A DNA stretch of 64,000 bases from Thermoplasmata archaeon (GTDB lineage: Archaea; Thermoplasmatota; Thermoplasmata; Sysuiplasmatales; Sysuiplasmataceae): contig JAJZXY010000007.1 of NCBI GenBank assembly GCA_021806165.1, positions 15,059-79,058 of the forward strand. Direction: 5' to 3'. The position numbers were made by a program, and so were the translations under genes. The notes below the pieces were generated by a model. The model was not told the origin of the DNA. It saw nothing but the letters and a program-made list of their open reading frames with translations, and ran no database searches. Positions 1 to 10,412 of this stretch are shown here, piece by piece; position 1 is the stretch's first letter, and each line of letters begins with the position of its first letter.

Positions 1-590
1 TCATAGGCGGTTCCCCGGAGGTCACCGCCAAGCTTGTCCATTCAATAATATTCAGGTCGCTGGTGCAGTCCGGGGGCTGTGTGCTCTGGATAGACGGGGG
101 CAATTCGTTTGACCCGTACGAGATATCGGAACTTGCCGGACGGTGCGGGTATGATGCAAGGGATCTCCTGTCGAGGATAAGGATCGCAAGGGCGTTCACC
201 GCTCACCAGATGGAGGCGATATCACGCTCCGCCGCGCATGAGGCCGCAGGATGCAGCATATCCGCCGTCGCCGTCACATCTGTTGCCGAGCTTTTCACAG
301 GGGATGTGAAATGGAAGGAGGGTGTGGACCTGCTCCGCAGCACTGTGAGGAACATTACTGCCATAACAGAAAATTACCGCACCATTACTGTGATGACATC
401 CTGTGTGCAGGTGAGTTCAAGCGCAGAGATGGAGAGCATAATCAGCGGAAACTGCGCAAGGGTTGTGAATGTGGGGATGGAGTATGACGATCTTACCGTC
501 GAGAGTGATGGTGTGGTCATGACTGTCAACAGATGGGACGGGAGCAGGCACCAGAGGTCACTGCTTGAATTCATGGACAGGGGGAAATGA
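1..590 (+). CDS. RadA/Rad51-like ATPase-fold protein of the PolB2 cassette (5'-truncated by window edge)
   Basis: Frame is open back to position 3 (IGGSPEVTAKLVHSIIFRSLVQ...). Contains VLWIDGGNSFDPY and RIRIARAFTAHQM, typical of RadA-like proteins; lies directly upstream of the small conserved ORF and polB2. Confidence 0.8.
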   Translation, partial: IGGSPEVTAKLVHSIIFRSLVQSGGCVLWIDGGNSFDPYEISELAGRCGYDARDLLSRIRIARAFTAHQMEAISRSAAHEAAGCSISAVAVTSVAELFTGDVKWKEGVDLLRSTVRNITAITENYRTITVMTSCVQVSSSAEMESIISGNCARVVNVGMEYDDLTVESDGVVMTVNRWDGSRHQRSLLEFMDRGK

Positions 591-591
591 C

Positions 592-837
592 ACGGGCAGG
601 ACAGTGCCCACGTTCAGGGTGGAGATTGAGCGCATCATAGCCAGGTGGGAGAAATTCGGCAGCGCCCTGAGGAGGGAGGAGAGGTCTTACCTGGAGAGCG
701 TGATATCGAAGGCCAGACACCATGCGTCTGCATCAACCTATGCGGCGCTCATAAACCCTGTCGAGGGGATGATGCTCTCCATAATGATGGAGCAGGAAAA
801 GGAAATTGACATGCTCAAGAGGAAATACCACTTCTGA
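592..837 (+). CDS. Small conserved helical protein of PolB2 operons (arCOG07300-like)
   Basis: (T)GRTVPTFR...W..F..ALR.EE...KAR.HA.A..Y...P.E.M.LSI..EQ.K.I pattern. The codon at the expected Met is ACG (592); alternative in-frame TTG at 565. Confidence 0.75.
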   Translation, partial: TGRTVPTFRVEIERIIARWEKFGSALRREERSYLESVISKARHHASASTYAALINPVEGMMLSIMMEQEKEIDMLKRKYHF

Positions 838-851
838 GAGGCATCGGATGG

Positions 852-2987
852 ATGGAAGGATGGATTGCAGATGCATACGCTGACACCGCCAAAAGCAGTG
901 TGATTGTCTGGGTTAAAGGGCAGAGTGTCAGAAGATTTGAATTCAGGTATGTTCCGCCCTTCTACGTTGGAGGGAACCGGACATCCCTCACGGAGCTTGG
1001 GCGGAGGCTCGACAGGATGGGCGATACAGCCTGGAGGCGCACCCTCAGGAAGGCTGCCCCGGGAATGCGCCAGATGGACATGCTGGAGATAACGGCGCAT
1101 GACCTGAGGACATACCGCAAGCTCGCTGAGGGAATATGCTCCATGGGCTCACATGGCAGCTACACGGTGTATGATGCGGACATACCGGTGGAGCAGCATT
1201 TCATGCTCGACATGGGAATCTTTCCGCTGGCATTCGCATCAGTCACCGCAGACAGGATAGAATGCCTCGACTCTCCCGATGAACTGCACTACGAAATGCC
1301 GCCCTTCAGGACGCTGAGCATGGAGGTGGAATTCGATGAGAGGGATTCTGCAGGATATGCTGTCAGAGCAGTGTCTATCGACGGAAATGTGATCGACGGA
1401 GGGGAGGAGCGTATGCTGCTGGAAACATCGAGAATACTGGAGTCAGAGGCATGTGACATATTGCTGACATCCGGGGGCGACGCATATGCTCTCAGGCAGA
1501 TGTACAGGCGCGCCTCTCTGCTCGGGCTGGATGGCTTCACGCTTGGAAGGGAGGGGGGACTCAGGGGATCGTATGCCGCCAGGAGCTACATGAGCTACGG
1601 CAGGATACTGTACAAGCCGTCCCCCGCGCTGCTGATGGGGAGGGCGCACATAGACACCCTCAACTCATTCCTGCACTCGGAGTCGGGGCTTGCAGGACTT
1701 GTCGAGGTATCCAGGCTTTCCTACCTCGGCATACAGCAGCTCTCCAGGCTTTCTCCTGGAACTGCAATAAGCTCCATGGAGAGCATGGAGGCACTTAGGC
1801 AGAATGCAGCAGTGCCGTGGAAGAAAAACAGGGCGGAGATGTTCAAGACCGCGGAAGAACTTGTGCAGTCTGACAGGGGCGGTCTCATATACACGCCTGT
1901 CACCGGCTTCCATGCAGGCGTCTACGGCCTGGACTTCTCATCACTCTACCCGAGCATCATGAAGAGGGAGAATATTTCTGTAGATACGCTCAACTGCCCG
2001 TGCTGCGCCGGTGGAGGGCACAGGGTTCCAGGCCTTCCATACCACTTCTGCAGCAGGAGAGCAGGGCTCATCCCTTCTGTCATAGGAAGGCTGATCATGA
2101 GGCGCAGGAAGTACAAGGGGATGGGGGATGAGTTTGCGGGGAGGAGGAATGCGCTCAAGTGGGTGCTTGTCACATCATTCGGATACACGGGATACAAAAA
2201 TGCAAAATTCGGCAGCATCGAATGCCACGAATCCATCAACGCATTCGGCAGGGAGATGCTGCTGAGGGCAGCGAAAAGGGCTGAGGAGATGGGTTTCACC
2301 GTCCTGCACGGGATAGTGGATTCGCTGTGGATTAAGGGAGAAGGGGATGCAGAGAGATTTGCCGCTGCCATAGGGGATGAGACGGGCATACCGTTCGAGC
2401 TTGAGGGAAGGTACAGGTGGGTTGTATTCCTGAGCAACAAAGGTGACGGGGAGGGGAGCCTGAACAAGTACTATGGCCTCTTCGACGACGGCACTTACAA
2501 GCTGAGGGGGATTGAGCTGAGGAGATCGGATACACCTGAAGTTGTCAGATTTGCACAGAATGTGATGCTCGAGAGGCTGCGCGAATCGTCAGACAGGGAT
2601 GATTTCCTCAGGAGGGCGCGCAGCGGCATCGGGATGGTCAGGGATATAGTGAGGAATGTCAGGCGAGGCAACTATCCGCCGGAGGACATGGTGATAACGA
2701 GGCGCGTTTCGAAGAGGCTTGATGAATATTCGGGAAACGGCGAGGGGAGGAGGGCACTGGTGAGACTCAGGGAGGCAGGTGTCGAGGTCAGCGCAGGCGA
2801 GGTGGTGAAATATGTGGTTGCTGCCGCTGAAAAGGGGAGGAACATTGTCCCCGTCCAGCTGCTGGGTGCCGGAGTGGAGTATGAGGCAGCCCATTACACC
2901 AGGCTTATCGCACGTGCGGTGGCAACGATGCTGCTGCCTTTCGGATATACGGAGGAAAGAGTGCTTTCAATGCTCAGGCATTCTTGA
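852..2987 (+). CDS. polB2: Family B DNA polymerase, PolB2 group
   Basis: Motif A DFSSLYPSI; motif B ALKWVLVTSFGYTG; degenerate motif C HGIVDSLW; no recognisable exonuclease motifs; 711 aa. Confidence 0.9.
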   Translation: MEGWIADAYADTAKSSVIVWVKGQSVRRFEFRYVPPFYVGGNRTSLTELGRRLDRMGDTAWRRTLRKAAPGMRQMDMLEITAHDLRTYRKLAEGICSMGSHGSYTVYDADIPVEQHFMLDMGIFPLAFASVTADRIECLDSPDELHYEMPPFRTLSMEVEFDERDSAGYAVRAVSIDGNVIDGGEERMLLETSRILESEACDILLTSGGDAYALRQMYRRASLLGLDGFTLGREGGLRGSYAARSYMSYGRILYKPSPALLMGRAHIDTLNSFLHSESGLAGLVEVSRLSYLGIQQLSRLSPGTAISSMESMEALRQNAAVPWKKNRAEMFKTAEELVQSDRGGLIYTPVTGFHAGVYGLDFSSLYPSIMKRENISVDTLNCPCCAGGGHRVPGLPYHFCSRRAGLIPSVIGRLIMRRRKYKGMGDEFAGRRNALKWVLVTSFGYTGYKNAKFGSIECHESINAFGREMLLRAAKRAEEMGFTVLHGIVDSLWIKGEGDAERFAAAIGDETGIPFELEGRYRWVVFLSNKGDGEGSLNKYYGLFDDGTYKLRGIELRRSDTPEVVRFAQNVMLERLRESSDRDDFLRRARSGIGMVRDIVRNVRRGNYPPEDMVITRRVSKRLDEYSGNGEGRRALVRLREAGVEVSAGEVVKYVVAAAEKGRNIVPVQLLGAGVEYEAAHYTRLIARAVATMLLPFGYTEERVLSMLRHS

Positions 2988-4107
2988 GCCTGGAGAAGAA
3001 GCCCTTCCCCTTCTCCTCCTCAAGCGATTCGAATTTCTTCAGCAGCTGCTTCTGCTCCGAGGAGAGTTTCTTCGGGACCGTAACCTTGACAGTCACATAG
3101 AGGTCGCCGCTGCCGCGTCCGCCCAGGCGTGGCATGCCCATGGAATTCAACCTGAATACTGTCCCCGGCTGAGTCCCTGCGGGAATCTGCAGCTTTGCCT
3201 TGGAGGACATTGTGGGCACCTCCAGCTCCCCACCAAGGGCGGCAAAGGTGAAGGGCACTTCTGCGGAATAGTAGAGATTCTCCCCTTCCCTTTTGAATGT
3301 ATCATGCTCGGTAACATGTATGACAACGTAGAGATCGCCGCTCGGGCCGCCGTTTGACCCTGCCTCCCCGGCCCCCCGTACGCGGAGTCGCATGCCATCC
3401 TCAGCACCCTTGGGTATTGTAACTTCTATCGTGGACGTGGTCTGCTTCCTGCCGCTGCCGCCGCACGACTTGCACTTCTCACGTATTACCCTGCCCCTGC
3501 CTCCGCAGGTCTGGCATGTCCTGACAGTAACGAAATGGCCCCCGAGCGCAGTCTGCCTGTAGCTCAGCTGGCCCGTGCCGCCGCATGTCGGGCACTGTTC
3601 AAGCTTCCCCTTATCAGCCCCGGTGCCGCCGCACGGCTCGCACTTGACACCGCGCGGTATGTCGAGTCTCCTGCTTGAACCGCGATAAGCCTCGGCCAGG
3701 GTGATTTCAAGGTCATACTGAAGGGAGGCGCCGGTCTCGGGGTAGCTGCCCCTGCTCCCCTGCCCCCCGCCGAAGAAGAAGTCGAAGAGGGAACCTCCGC
3801 CCCCGAAGCCCATTCCGCCGAACAGGTCGCTTATATCCTGAAAGTGTGTGAAATTGGACCAGTCGAATCCCCTCGACCCGAATGTGACTCCCTCGGCGCC
3901 GAAACTGTCGTAGTTCCTCCTCTTGTCGGCATCCATAAGGACCTCGTACGCCTCGGATATCTCCTTGAACTTCTCCTCTGCGACCTTCCTCTCCAGCTTG
4001 GTGACGTCCGGGTGGTACTGCTGCGCAAGCTTCCTGTAAGCCCTCTTGATTTCGTCGGGCGACGCAGTCTTGCTTACTCCTAATGTTTCATAGTAGTCCT
4101 TTGTCAT
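2974..4107 (-). CDS. dnaJ: Chaperone DnaJ
   Basis: J domain with HPD, G/F-rich linker, four CxxCxGxG repeats. Confidence 0.98.
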   Translation of the reverse strand: MTKDYYETLGVSKTASPDEIKRAYRKLAQQYHPDVTKLERKVAEEKFKEISEAYEVLMDADKRRNYDSFGAEGVTFGSRGFDWSNFTHFQDISDLFGGMGFGGGGSLFDFFFGGGQGSRGSYPETGASLQYDLEITLAEAYRGSSRRLDIPRGVKCEPCGGTGADKGKLEQCPTCGGTGQLSYRQTALGGHFVTVRTCQTCGGRGRVIREKCKSCGGSGRKQTTSTIEVTIPKGAEDGMRLRVRGAGEAGSNGGPSGDLYVVIHVTEHDTFKREGENLYYSAEVPFTFAALGGELEVPTMSSKAKLQIPAGTQPGTVFRLNSMGMPRLGGRGSGDLYVTVKVTVPKKLSSEQKQLLKKFESLEEEKGKGFFSRLKNA

Positions 4108-4133
4108 CTGGAGCTGACCTCAGGCTGTGGGGT

Positions 4134-5999
4134 TCACTTGTCGTCAACTATCTTGTAGTTTGCGTCCACGACCCCATCACCTCCGCTGTCATCCCCCTGT
4201 CCATTGCCCGGCGGACTGGCACCCTGTGACTGCGATGCCTGCTGACTCTCCTCGGCCTGCTTCTGGTATATGCGGGAGGAGACTTCATAGACCTTCTTCG
4301 ACACCTGGTCTATCTTCTCCTTAAGTCCGTCTTCCGAGCCGCTTGCAAGCATTTCATCGAGTTCCTTGAGCTCCTTCTCTATTGCCTCCCTCTCGTCGGG
4401 CTGCACCTTGTCCTTCAGCTCATCAAGCGTTTTTCTGGTGCTGTAGGACAGGGATTCTGCCTGGTTGCGCAGTTCAGCCTTCTCCTTGCTCTTCTTGTCC
4501 TCGTCCGCGAACTGCTCTGCCTCCTTCATCATCCTGTCAATCTCGTCCTTCGACAGTTTGTTGCTTGCGGAGATGGTGATCTTCTGCTCCTTTCCCGTTC
4601 CAGTATCCTTTGCGCTTACATTCATGATTCCGTTGGCATCTATATCGAATGTCACCTCTATCTTTGGTATGCCGCGGGGCGCAGGCGGAATGCCGACAAG
4701 GCTGAAACGGCCGAGTGTGACGTTGTTGACGGCCATCGGCCTCTCTCCCTGCAGGACATGGATATCCACAGTCGACTGGCCGTCAGCTGCAGTGGTGAAC
4801 TGCTCCGACTTCTTGGCAGGTATGGTCGTGTTCCTTTCTATCAGCTTGTGGAAGACTCCTCCCTGAACCTCGACACCGAGCGAGAGGGGTGTCACGTCAA
4901 GCAGCAGTATGTCCTTGACAGTTCCCTCCAGGACACCGCCCTGGATTGCAGCGCCCATGGAGACACACTCCATGGGGTCTACACCCCTCACGATCTTCTG
5001 GCCAAGTATCTCCTCCACGAATTTCTGGACCACGGGCATCCTTGTCGGCCCCCCAACCATTATGATCTTGTCTATATTCTGCGCCGAAAGCTTTGCGTCG
5101 CCCAGCGCCTGCATTATTGGGTGCCTGCACTTCTCAATAATCGGGCGCACAAGGTCCTCCAGCTTTGCCCTGGTAATCTTCATTGTGAGGTGCTTCGGTC
5201 CGGAAGCATCCTGTGCTATGAACGGGAGGTTGATTTCAGTCTCCACAATCGTGGAAAGCTCAACCTTCGCCTTCTCGCAAGCCTCCCTGACTCTCTCGGC
5301 AGCCATCCTGTCATTCCTCAGGTCTATCCCTGACTCCGCCTTGAAAGTGCTGACCACGTAATTCACAAGCGCGTTGTCCATGTCTGTTCCGCCGAGCTGC
5401 GTGTCGCCGCTGGTGGAGATCACTTCAAAAACACCCTGGCCGAACTCCATCACTGTCACATCCAGAGTTCCGCCGCCTAGGTCGAAGACGAGTATCTTCT
5501 GCTCATGCTCGCTCTTGTCCAGCCCGTAAGCGAGTGCGGCTGCGGTGGGCTCGTTTATAATCCTCACAACCTCAAGACCGGCAATAGTGCCCGCATCCTT
5601 TGTTGCCTGGCGCTGATTGTCGTTGAAGTAGGCCGGAACTGTGATTACAGCCTTCTGCACGGATGAGCCGAGGAACGCCTCAGCATCCCTCTTTATCTTC
5701 TGCAGCACGAACGCTGATATCTGCTGCGGAGTGTACTCCTTTCCCGAAACCTTGAACTTGTAGTCGCTCCCCATCTTCCTCTTCGCAGCAAAGATGGTCC
5801 CCTCAGGGTTTGTGATTGCCTGCCGCCTTGCTGGCTCGCCGACGAGTACGCCGTCCTTCGTGAACGCAACCACCGAGGGGAACGCCTTCCCGCCTATGCT
5901 GGTCCCTTCTGCACTTGGTATAATTGTTGGCCGCCCCCCCTCAATGACTGATGCGGCCGAATTGCTTGTTCCAAGATCTATTCCTATGATTTTTGTCAT
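4134..5999 (-). CDS. dnaK: Chaperone DnaK (Hsp70)
   Basis: [39 protein letters not shown] at 5999 preceded by SD GAGGTG. Confidence 0.99.
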   Translation of the reverse strand: MTKIIGIDLGTSNSAASVIEGGRPTIIPSAEGTSIGGKAFPSVVAFTKDGVLVGEPARRQAITNPEGTIFAAKRKMGSDYKFKVSGKEYTPQQISAFVLQKIKRDAEAFLGSSVQKAVITVPAYFNDNQRQATKDAGTIAGLEVVRIINEPTAAALAYGLDKSEHEQKILVFDLGGGTLDVTVMEFGQGVFEVISTSGDTQLGGTDMDNALVNYVVSTFKAESGIDLRNDRMAAERVREACEKAKVELSTIVETEINLPFIAQDASGPKHLTMKITRAKLEDLVRPIIEKCRHPIMQALGDAKLSAQNIDKIIMVGGPTRMPVVQKFVEEILGQKIVRGVDPMECVSMGAAIQGGVLEGTVKDILLLDVTPLSLGVEVQGGVFHKLIERNTTIPAKKSEQFTTAADGQSTVDIHVLQGERPMAVNNVTLGRFSLVGIPPAPRGIPKIEVTFDIDANGIMNVSAKDTGTGKEQKITISASNKLSKDEIDRMMKEAEQFADEDKKSKEKAELRNQAESLSYSTRKTLDELKDKVQPDEREAIEKELKELDEMLASGSEDGLKEKIDQVSKKVYEVSSRIYQKQAEESQQASQSQGASPPGNGQGDDSGGDGVVDANYKIVDDK

Positions 6000-6016
6000 T
6001 TTCACACCTCTCCTTG

Positions 6017-6718
6017 TCAGACTTCCCTGTTCACCTGATCTCCATCCTCCCTCGGGCCAGTGTTACGCGAAACCCTGACTTTTGCAGGCCGCAGCACCTT
6101 TCCTCCGAGAGTGAATCCTTTCTGGTAGACTTCGGTGATCGTATTGTCATCATAATCATGGCTTTCCTCAACCACTATCGCCTCGTGATAGTATGGATCA
6201 AACTTGCCCGAGGTGGGTATCTCCTTCAGACCCTCTTCAACAAGAATCTGCATGGTGTTATTCCTGATTTTTTCAATTCCCTGCCTGAACGCATCGTAAC
6301 CGCCGTTGCCGCTCGACTCCGACAGTCCGCGCTCAAGGTCATCCATTATAGTGACAAGCTTCCGCACCATCTTCTCGTTGACGAACTTGCTGAACTCCTC
6401 CCTCTCGCGCTCAATCCTCTTCCTGTAATTGTCAAAATCTGCCTGTATCTTCTTCAGCAGATTCTCATAGTCCCTGATGATTCCCTCCTTCTCCTCAATC
6501 GTCTTCTTCAGTGATTCCACTTCCTGGGCAGACCTCTTCTGCTGCATGTCACGCTCTTCAAGCTTGGGGATTTCAGGCGCTCCAGAGAGTGCCTCTGTCT
6601 CCTCCCCCTCCAGCACCTGCACCTTTTCCGCCTCGGCTGCCTCCCCTGCCGGCGGCCTGGCCGACCCGGAGGAGGCATCATTCACAGCATCCTTTTCTTC
6701 CGACTTCCTATCTGACAT
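6017..6718 (-). CDS. grpE: Nucleotide exchange factor GrpE
   Basis: [34 protein letters not shown]. Confidence 0.97.
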   Translation of the reverse strand: MSDRKSEEKDAVNDASSGSARPPAGEAAEAEKVQVLEGEETEALSGAPEIPKLEERDMQQKRSAQEVESLKKTIEEKEGIIRDYENLLKKIQADFDNYRKRIEREREEFSKFVNEKMVRKLVTIMDDLERGLSESSGNGGYDAFRQGIEKIRNNTMQILVEEGLKEIPTSGKFDPYYHEAIVVEESHDYDDNTITEVYQKGFTLGGKVLRPAKVRVSRNTGPREDGDQVNREV

Positions 6719-6774
6719 GAAACACACCGTACCGACTGCTGCTGTTATTGAATCGCAGCGGCCCGATTAATAAT

Positions 6775-6799
6775 CTGCGGGATGTGGCGCATCCCGCAG
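6775..6799. terminator. Perfect 10-bp hairpin between thermosome and grpE
   Basis: CTGCGGGATG-tggcg-CATCCCGCAG, 12 nt after the thermosome stop and adjacent to a minus-strand ATTATTAA TATA-like element. Confidence 0.55.
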
Positions 6800-6811
6800 G
6801 AAGATGCTTAT

Positions 6812-8449
6812 TCAGTCCTCGTCCCCGCCAGGGGGCGGGGCTCCGGCGCCGCCACCGCCGGTTCCACCGCTTTTTGCGGCAATCACATCGTCAATCCTCA
6901 GTATCATCACGGCCGCATCGGTTGCAGACTGAATTGCCTGCTTGTCAACCCGTATGGGTTCGAACACCTTCTGCTTCTTCATGTCCGCCGCCTTGCCTGC
7001 GACCACGTCCACACCGTGATACTTGAGCCCCTTCTTGTGGCTGCTCCTGAGGTCGATGAGCATATCGATGGGGTCCAGACCTGCATTCTCCGCCAGTGCG
7101 CTGGGGATTACCTCAAGCGCGTTGGCGAACGCCTCAATCGCAATCTGCTCCCTGCCGCCGACAGATGTGGCGAAATCCTTGAGTTTCTGTGAGAGTTCGA
7201 TGGCCGTGGCTCCCGCACCTACGGTCAGCTTCCCGTCCTCTACTGCCAGGCCAGTGACGCTCAGTGCATCCACGAGGGACCTTTCAGCCTCGTCGACAAC
7301 ATGCTCGCTCCCGCCCCTGATGAGGACTGAAACAGACTTGGGGTTCTTGCAGCCTGTCACAAATGTCATCTCATCGTCCTGTATCTTCCTTACCTCGATG
7401 AGTTTCGCCTTGCCAAGCTCCTTCGAAGTCATGTCATCAAGCTTTGAAACCACAGTTGCACCTGTCGCCCTGGCCAGCTTCTCCATGTCTGACTTCTTGA
7501 CGCGCCTGACAGCGAGAATCCCCTCCTTGGCGAGGAAGTGCTGTGCGAGGTCGTCAATGCCCTTCTGGCAGAATACCACGTTGGCACCGGTGCTCTTGAT
7601 GGATTCGACCATCCTCCTGAGGAAACCCTCCTCCTCGTCAAGGAAGCCGCGAAGCTGAGACGGGTCTGTGATTTCAATCTTGGAGTCGAGTTCTGTCTTC
7701 TTGACCTCGAGTGCAACATCGATGACAGCGATGAGCGCGTCGTTGACGACGCGGGGCATTGATGGATGAACCGGTTCCTTGTCGATTATCACTCCGCTGA
7801 GCAGTTCGGTGTCTGAAAGGCCGCCACCCTGCTTCTTGACAAGCTGTATGTTCTCCCTGTCAGCCTTTCGTCCCCTGCCCGTCTCCTCGGCAACGCTTGT
7901 GATTGCATCAACAGCGATCTTGGCAAGTTTCTCCCTGCTTCCTGTGACCCCTTTCGAATTCATTGCGGTCTCGGCAACTGTCTGGAGAGCTGCCTTGTCC
8001 TTCGGATCCACGGGGAATGCCACCTCCTCCAGGTATTCCATGCACTTCGAAGATGCCTCCTTGAACCCTTTGGTCACAACTGTCGGATGCACGTTCGACT
8101 CGATCAATTCCTGGGCCTTCTTCAGGAGCTCACCTGCAAGGACCACGGCGGTTGTGGTGCCGTCGCCGCAGACTGCATCCTGCGTCTTGGCAACCTCGAC
8201 AAGCATCTTGGCTGCTGGGTGCTCGACGTCCATCTCCTTCAAAATGGTCACGCCATCGTTGGTAATCACAACATCGCCGAGGCTGTCGACAAGCATCTTG
8301 TCCATTCCCCTCGGCCCCAGTGTCGTCTTGACCGCGTTCGCAATGGCACGCGCCGCACTGATGTTGTTAGACTGTGCGTCTCGGCCCCTCTCGCGTTTAG
8401 TCCCTTCCTTCAGTATCAGTATAGGTACTTGCTGCTGTGCTCCTAACAT
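6812..8449 (-). CDS. ths: Thermosome subunit (group II chaperonin)
   Basis: [40 protein letters not shown]. Confidence 0.99.
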   Translation of the reverse strand: MLGAQQQVPILILKEGTKRERGRDAQSNNISAARAIANAVKTTLGPRGMDKMLVDSLGDVVITNDGVTILKEMDVEHPAAKMLVEVAKTQDAVCGDGTTTAVVLAGELLKKAQELIESNVHPTVVTKGFKEASSKCMEYLEEVAFPVDPKDKAALQTVAETAMNSKGVTGSREKLAKIAVDAITSVAEETGRGRKADRENIQLVKKQGGGLSDTELLSGVIIDKEPVHPSMPRVVNDALIAVIDVALEVKKTELDSKIEITDPSQLRGFLDEEEGFLRRMVESIKSTGANVVFCQKGIDDLAQHFLAKEGILAVRRVKKSDMEKLARATGATVVSKLDDMTSKELGKAKLIEVRKIQDDEMTFVTGCKNPKSVSVLIRGGSEHVVDEAERSLVDALSVTGLAVEDGKLTVGAGATAIELSQKLKDFATSVGGREQIAIEAFANALEVIPSALAENAGLDPIDMLIDLRSSHKKGLKYHGVDVVAGKAADMKKQKVFEPIRVDKQAIQSATDAAVMILRIDDVIAAKSGGTGGGGAGAPPPGGDED

Positions 8450-8490
8450 TGGGTCACCACAAATTCTCCATGAGCTTATGTTTGCTCTTC

Positions 8491-8499
8491 TATATAAAG
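8491..8499 (-). promoter_or_regulatory. TATA box of thermosome gene
   Basis: CTTTATATA on the minus strand about 41 nt upstream of the ATG; SD-like GTGGTGA just before the start. Confidence 0.6.
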
Positions 8500-8605
8500 T
8501 ATGCTATACGACGGACGCGCCCTCCCTGCAGTCGGCCTGCCACATGGCGGATGCCTGCGAACCATTAGGAATGTCTTTAATCTGACTCGCTTCTACCGGT
8601 ATGGA

Positions 8606-9232
8606 ATGGATGCAAAAAAGCTGGAACTCATCTACGAGTTCGATGTCGAGGCGGGCTGGACGGTCTACAGCGGCAAGCGCATGGATCCCTTTGACATAGT
8701 CGACGCTCTTCACGGCACGGACTCTAAGGTCTATCTCCATGACCTGGACAGCAGGGCGAAGGGCAGGCCGCAGCTCGATCTCGTCCAGGACCTTTCGCTT
8801 GAGATAGGCGTCTGGTACGATGGAGGGGCTAGGGTTGCAGACAACGTTATAGACCCGCTTGTAGCCGGCGCAGAGATGGTCGCTCTCGATCCTGCATATA
8901 TGAAAAACGAGACCGAATTCGATCATATCATGAAGCTCACCAACAATGTGTGCCTCGACCTGCTTAGCGAACACGAGGACAGGATACCCGACTACAACGG
9001 CTCGGTTGTTGCAGGCAGGGGCCTCTCTACACTCCTCGGCATGGGCTACAGAAATTTCGTGATACGGAAGGATGAGCTTGGTGCCTTCGATTCTATTCAG
9101 TTCGACGGGGTGGCCAGTGTCTGGATAAGGGACGGAGAAATGCCCTCAAACGGAGCTGAGTGGCACAGGCGGACGAACGTCGCCGGGACCGTGAAGGGCA
9201 TAGGTGAACTGGTGATAGAAGATGAAGGTTGA
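8606..9232 (+). CDS. HisA/HisF-like TIM-barrel protein
   Basis: YLHDLD...GRPQLDLVQ...WYDGGAR....V.D.LVAGAE.V pattern; ATG 8606 chosen over the upstream ORF start. Confidence 0.6.
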   Translation: MDAKKLELIYEFDVEAGWTVYSGKRMDPFDIVDALHGTDSKVYLHDLDSRAKGRPQLDLVQDLSLEIGVWYDGGARVADNVIDPLVAGAEMVALDPAYMKNETEFDHIMKLTNNVCLDLLSEHEDRIPDYNGSVVAGRGLSTLLGMGYRNFVIRKDELGAFDSIQFDGVASVWIRDGEMPSNGAEWHRRTNVAGTVKGIGELVIEDEG

Positions 9233-9692
9233 ACAGCTCAGGGCAGCGGTTGCCACCATATTCAGGAGGAAGGGGAAGCACATTATGAATGAGGAGGAAT
9301 TTATCTACGAGGTATCAATAGGGCTGAGGTGGTTCACGCCCTCGAAGGCGGCGATTTTTCTCTCGAACGCAAAGAAGTTCGGCCTCATAACCGCGAACAG
9401 GGACGAGCTGAGACCTTCGTTCGACCTTGACGGTGACATTGAACACATCATCAAGGCACCCGAGGAACTTGCAGAGGAAAATCAGAATCCCGTTGTTTCC
9501 ATAGTGGATATGATATGCGATCGCACCGGACAGCCGAAGAGTGAAGTCATGTCGAGAATAAACAGGCTGAAGAGGGAGTTGAATCTCGAGACGCAGGCAG
9601 CAGCCGTGCTCATTGCAACACAGCATGGCATAGACGTCTCCCGACTCGCCCAGGCGGCGGCCGATGAGCTGCTGCGGAGCTACGAGAAGTGA
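9222..9692 (+). CDS. DUF2240 family protein
   Basis: F.RKGK..M.EEEF...VS..L.WF.PS.A...L..A...GL pattern; overlaps the upstream gene. Confidence 0.8.
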   Translation: MKVEQLRAAVATIFRRKGKHIMNEEEFIYEVSIGLRWFTPSKAAIFLSNAKKFGLITANRDELRPSFDLDGDIEHIIKAPEELAEENQNPVVSIVDMICDRTGQPKSEVMSRINRLKRELNLETQAAAVLIATQHGIDVSRLAQAAADELLRSYEK

Positions 9693-9693
9693 G

Positions 9694-10203
9694 TCACTCC
9701 TTCATCAGGTCGCCCAGTGTGAGCTCTTTGCGCTTTACGCTCGGCAGCTTGTAGTCCTGGCTGACTGCCTCCCTTAAAGAAATCTTGAGCTGCTTTTCGA
9801 GCTTTCTTACCAGAGAATCGCTTGGCACTAAGGAGCCTGATTCAAGCTCCCTGATGACGCTCCTCTTCTCATTGAGCTTTGCAGCGAGTTCCTCCTGGTT
9901 GAACCCGAGTGCGTTTCTCGCCCTCAAAATACGCTTTGGATAATCTGAAGCGAGCTCTGTTCCCTGCCTTTCGAGCGGATCATTCTCCCTCGAAGCACGC
10001 TTCTGTGGTACAGCTGCCGCACTGCGCGTCTTCACAGGTGCCTTTGAAACGGCAGGCCTGACAGCAGACTTTACCGGTCGCTGCGGCGCATCAATCAGGA
10101 CACCGAATCTTGTGCACTCGGGACCTACGACAAGAACAGCCTTGTCCACCCTGATCCTGATGCCCCTGCCCACCTCTTTTCCGCACATTTCGCAAATGAC
10201 CAT
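9694..10203 (-). CDS. mbf1: Archaeal multiprotein bridging factor aMBF1 (Zn ribbon + HTH)
   Basis: N-terminal CEMCG; C-terminal HTH QEELAAKLNEKRSVIRELESG...KLEKQL. Confidence 0.93.
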   Translation of the reverse strand: MVICEMCGKEVGRGIRIRVDKAVLVVGPECTRFGVLIDAPQRPVKSAVRPAVSKAPVKTRSAAAVPQKRASRENDPLERQGTELASDYPKRILRARNALGFNQEELAAKLNEKRSVIRELESGSLVPSDSLVRKLEKQLKISLREAVSQDYKLPSVKRKELTLGDLMKE

Positions 10204-10412
10204 TCAAAGCCTCCTGCCCGACATCACAAATCCCGTCACACTCAGCTAAGGACGAGTTTGTATTTCAAGTAGTCTGATGAGGAGCTTCGTTCAATGCGAA
10301 GATTTAATGCATATGCCTGCCTGCACTGAACGTGAATTGCATCACAAAGCTTTTAATTGCTGAATTTCAATTCTTTGTTCGGAATATTGTCTTGTTGTGA
10401 GGTGTTCAGGGA

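Noticed and set aside
7779-8585. 268-aa ORF antisense to the thermosome gene
   Set aside because: Ser/Thr-rich antisense shadow.
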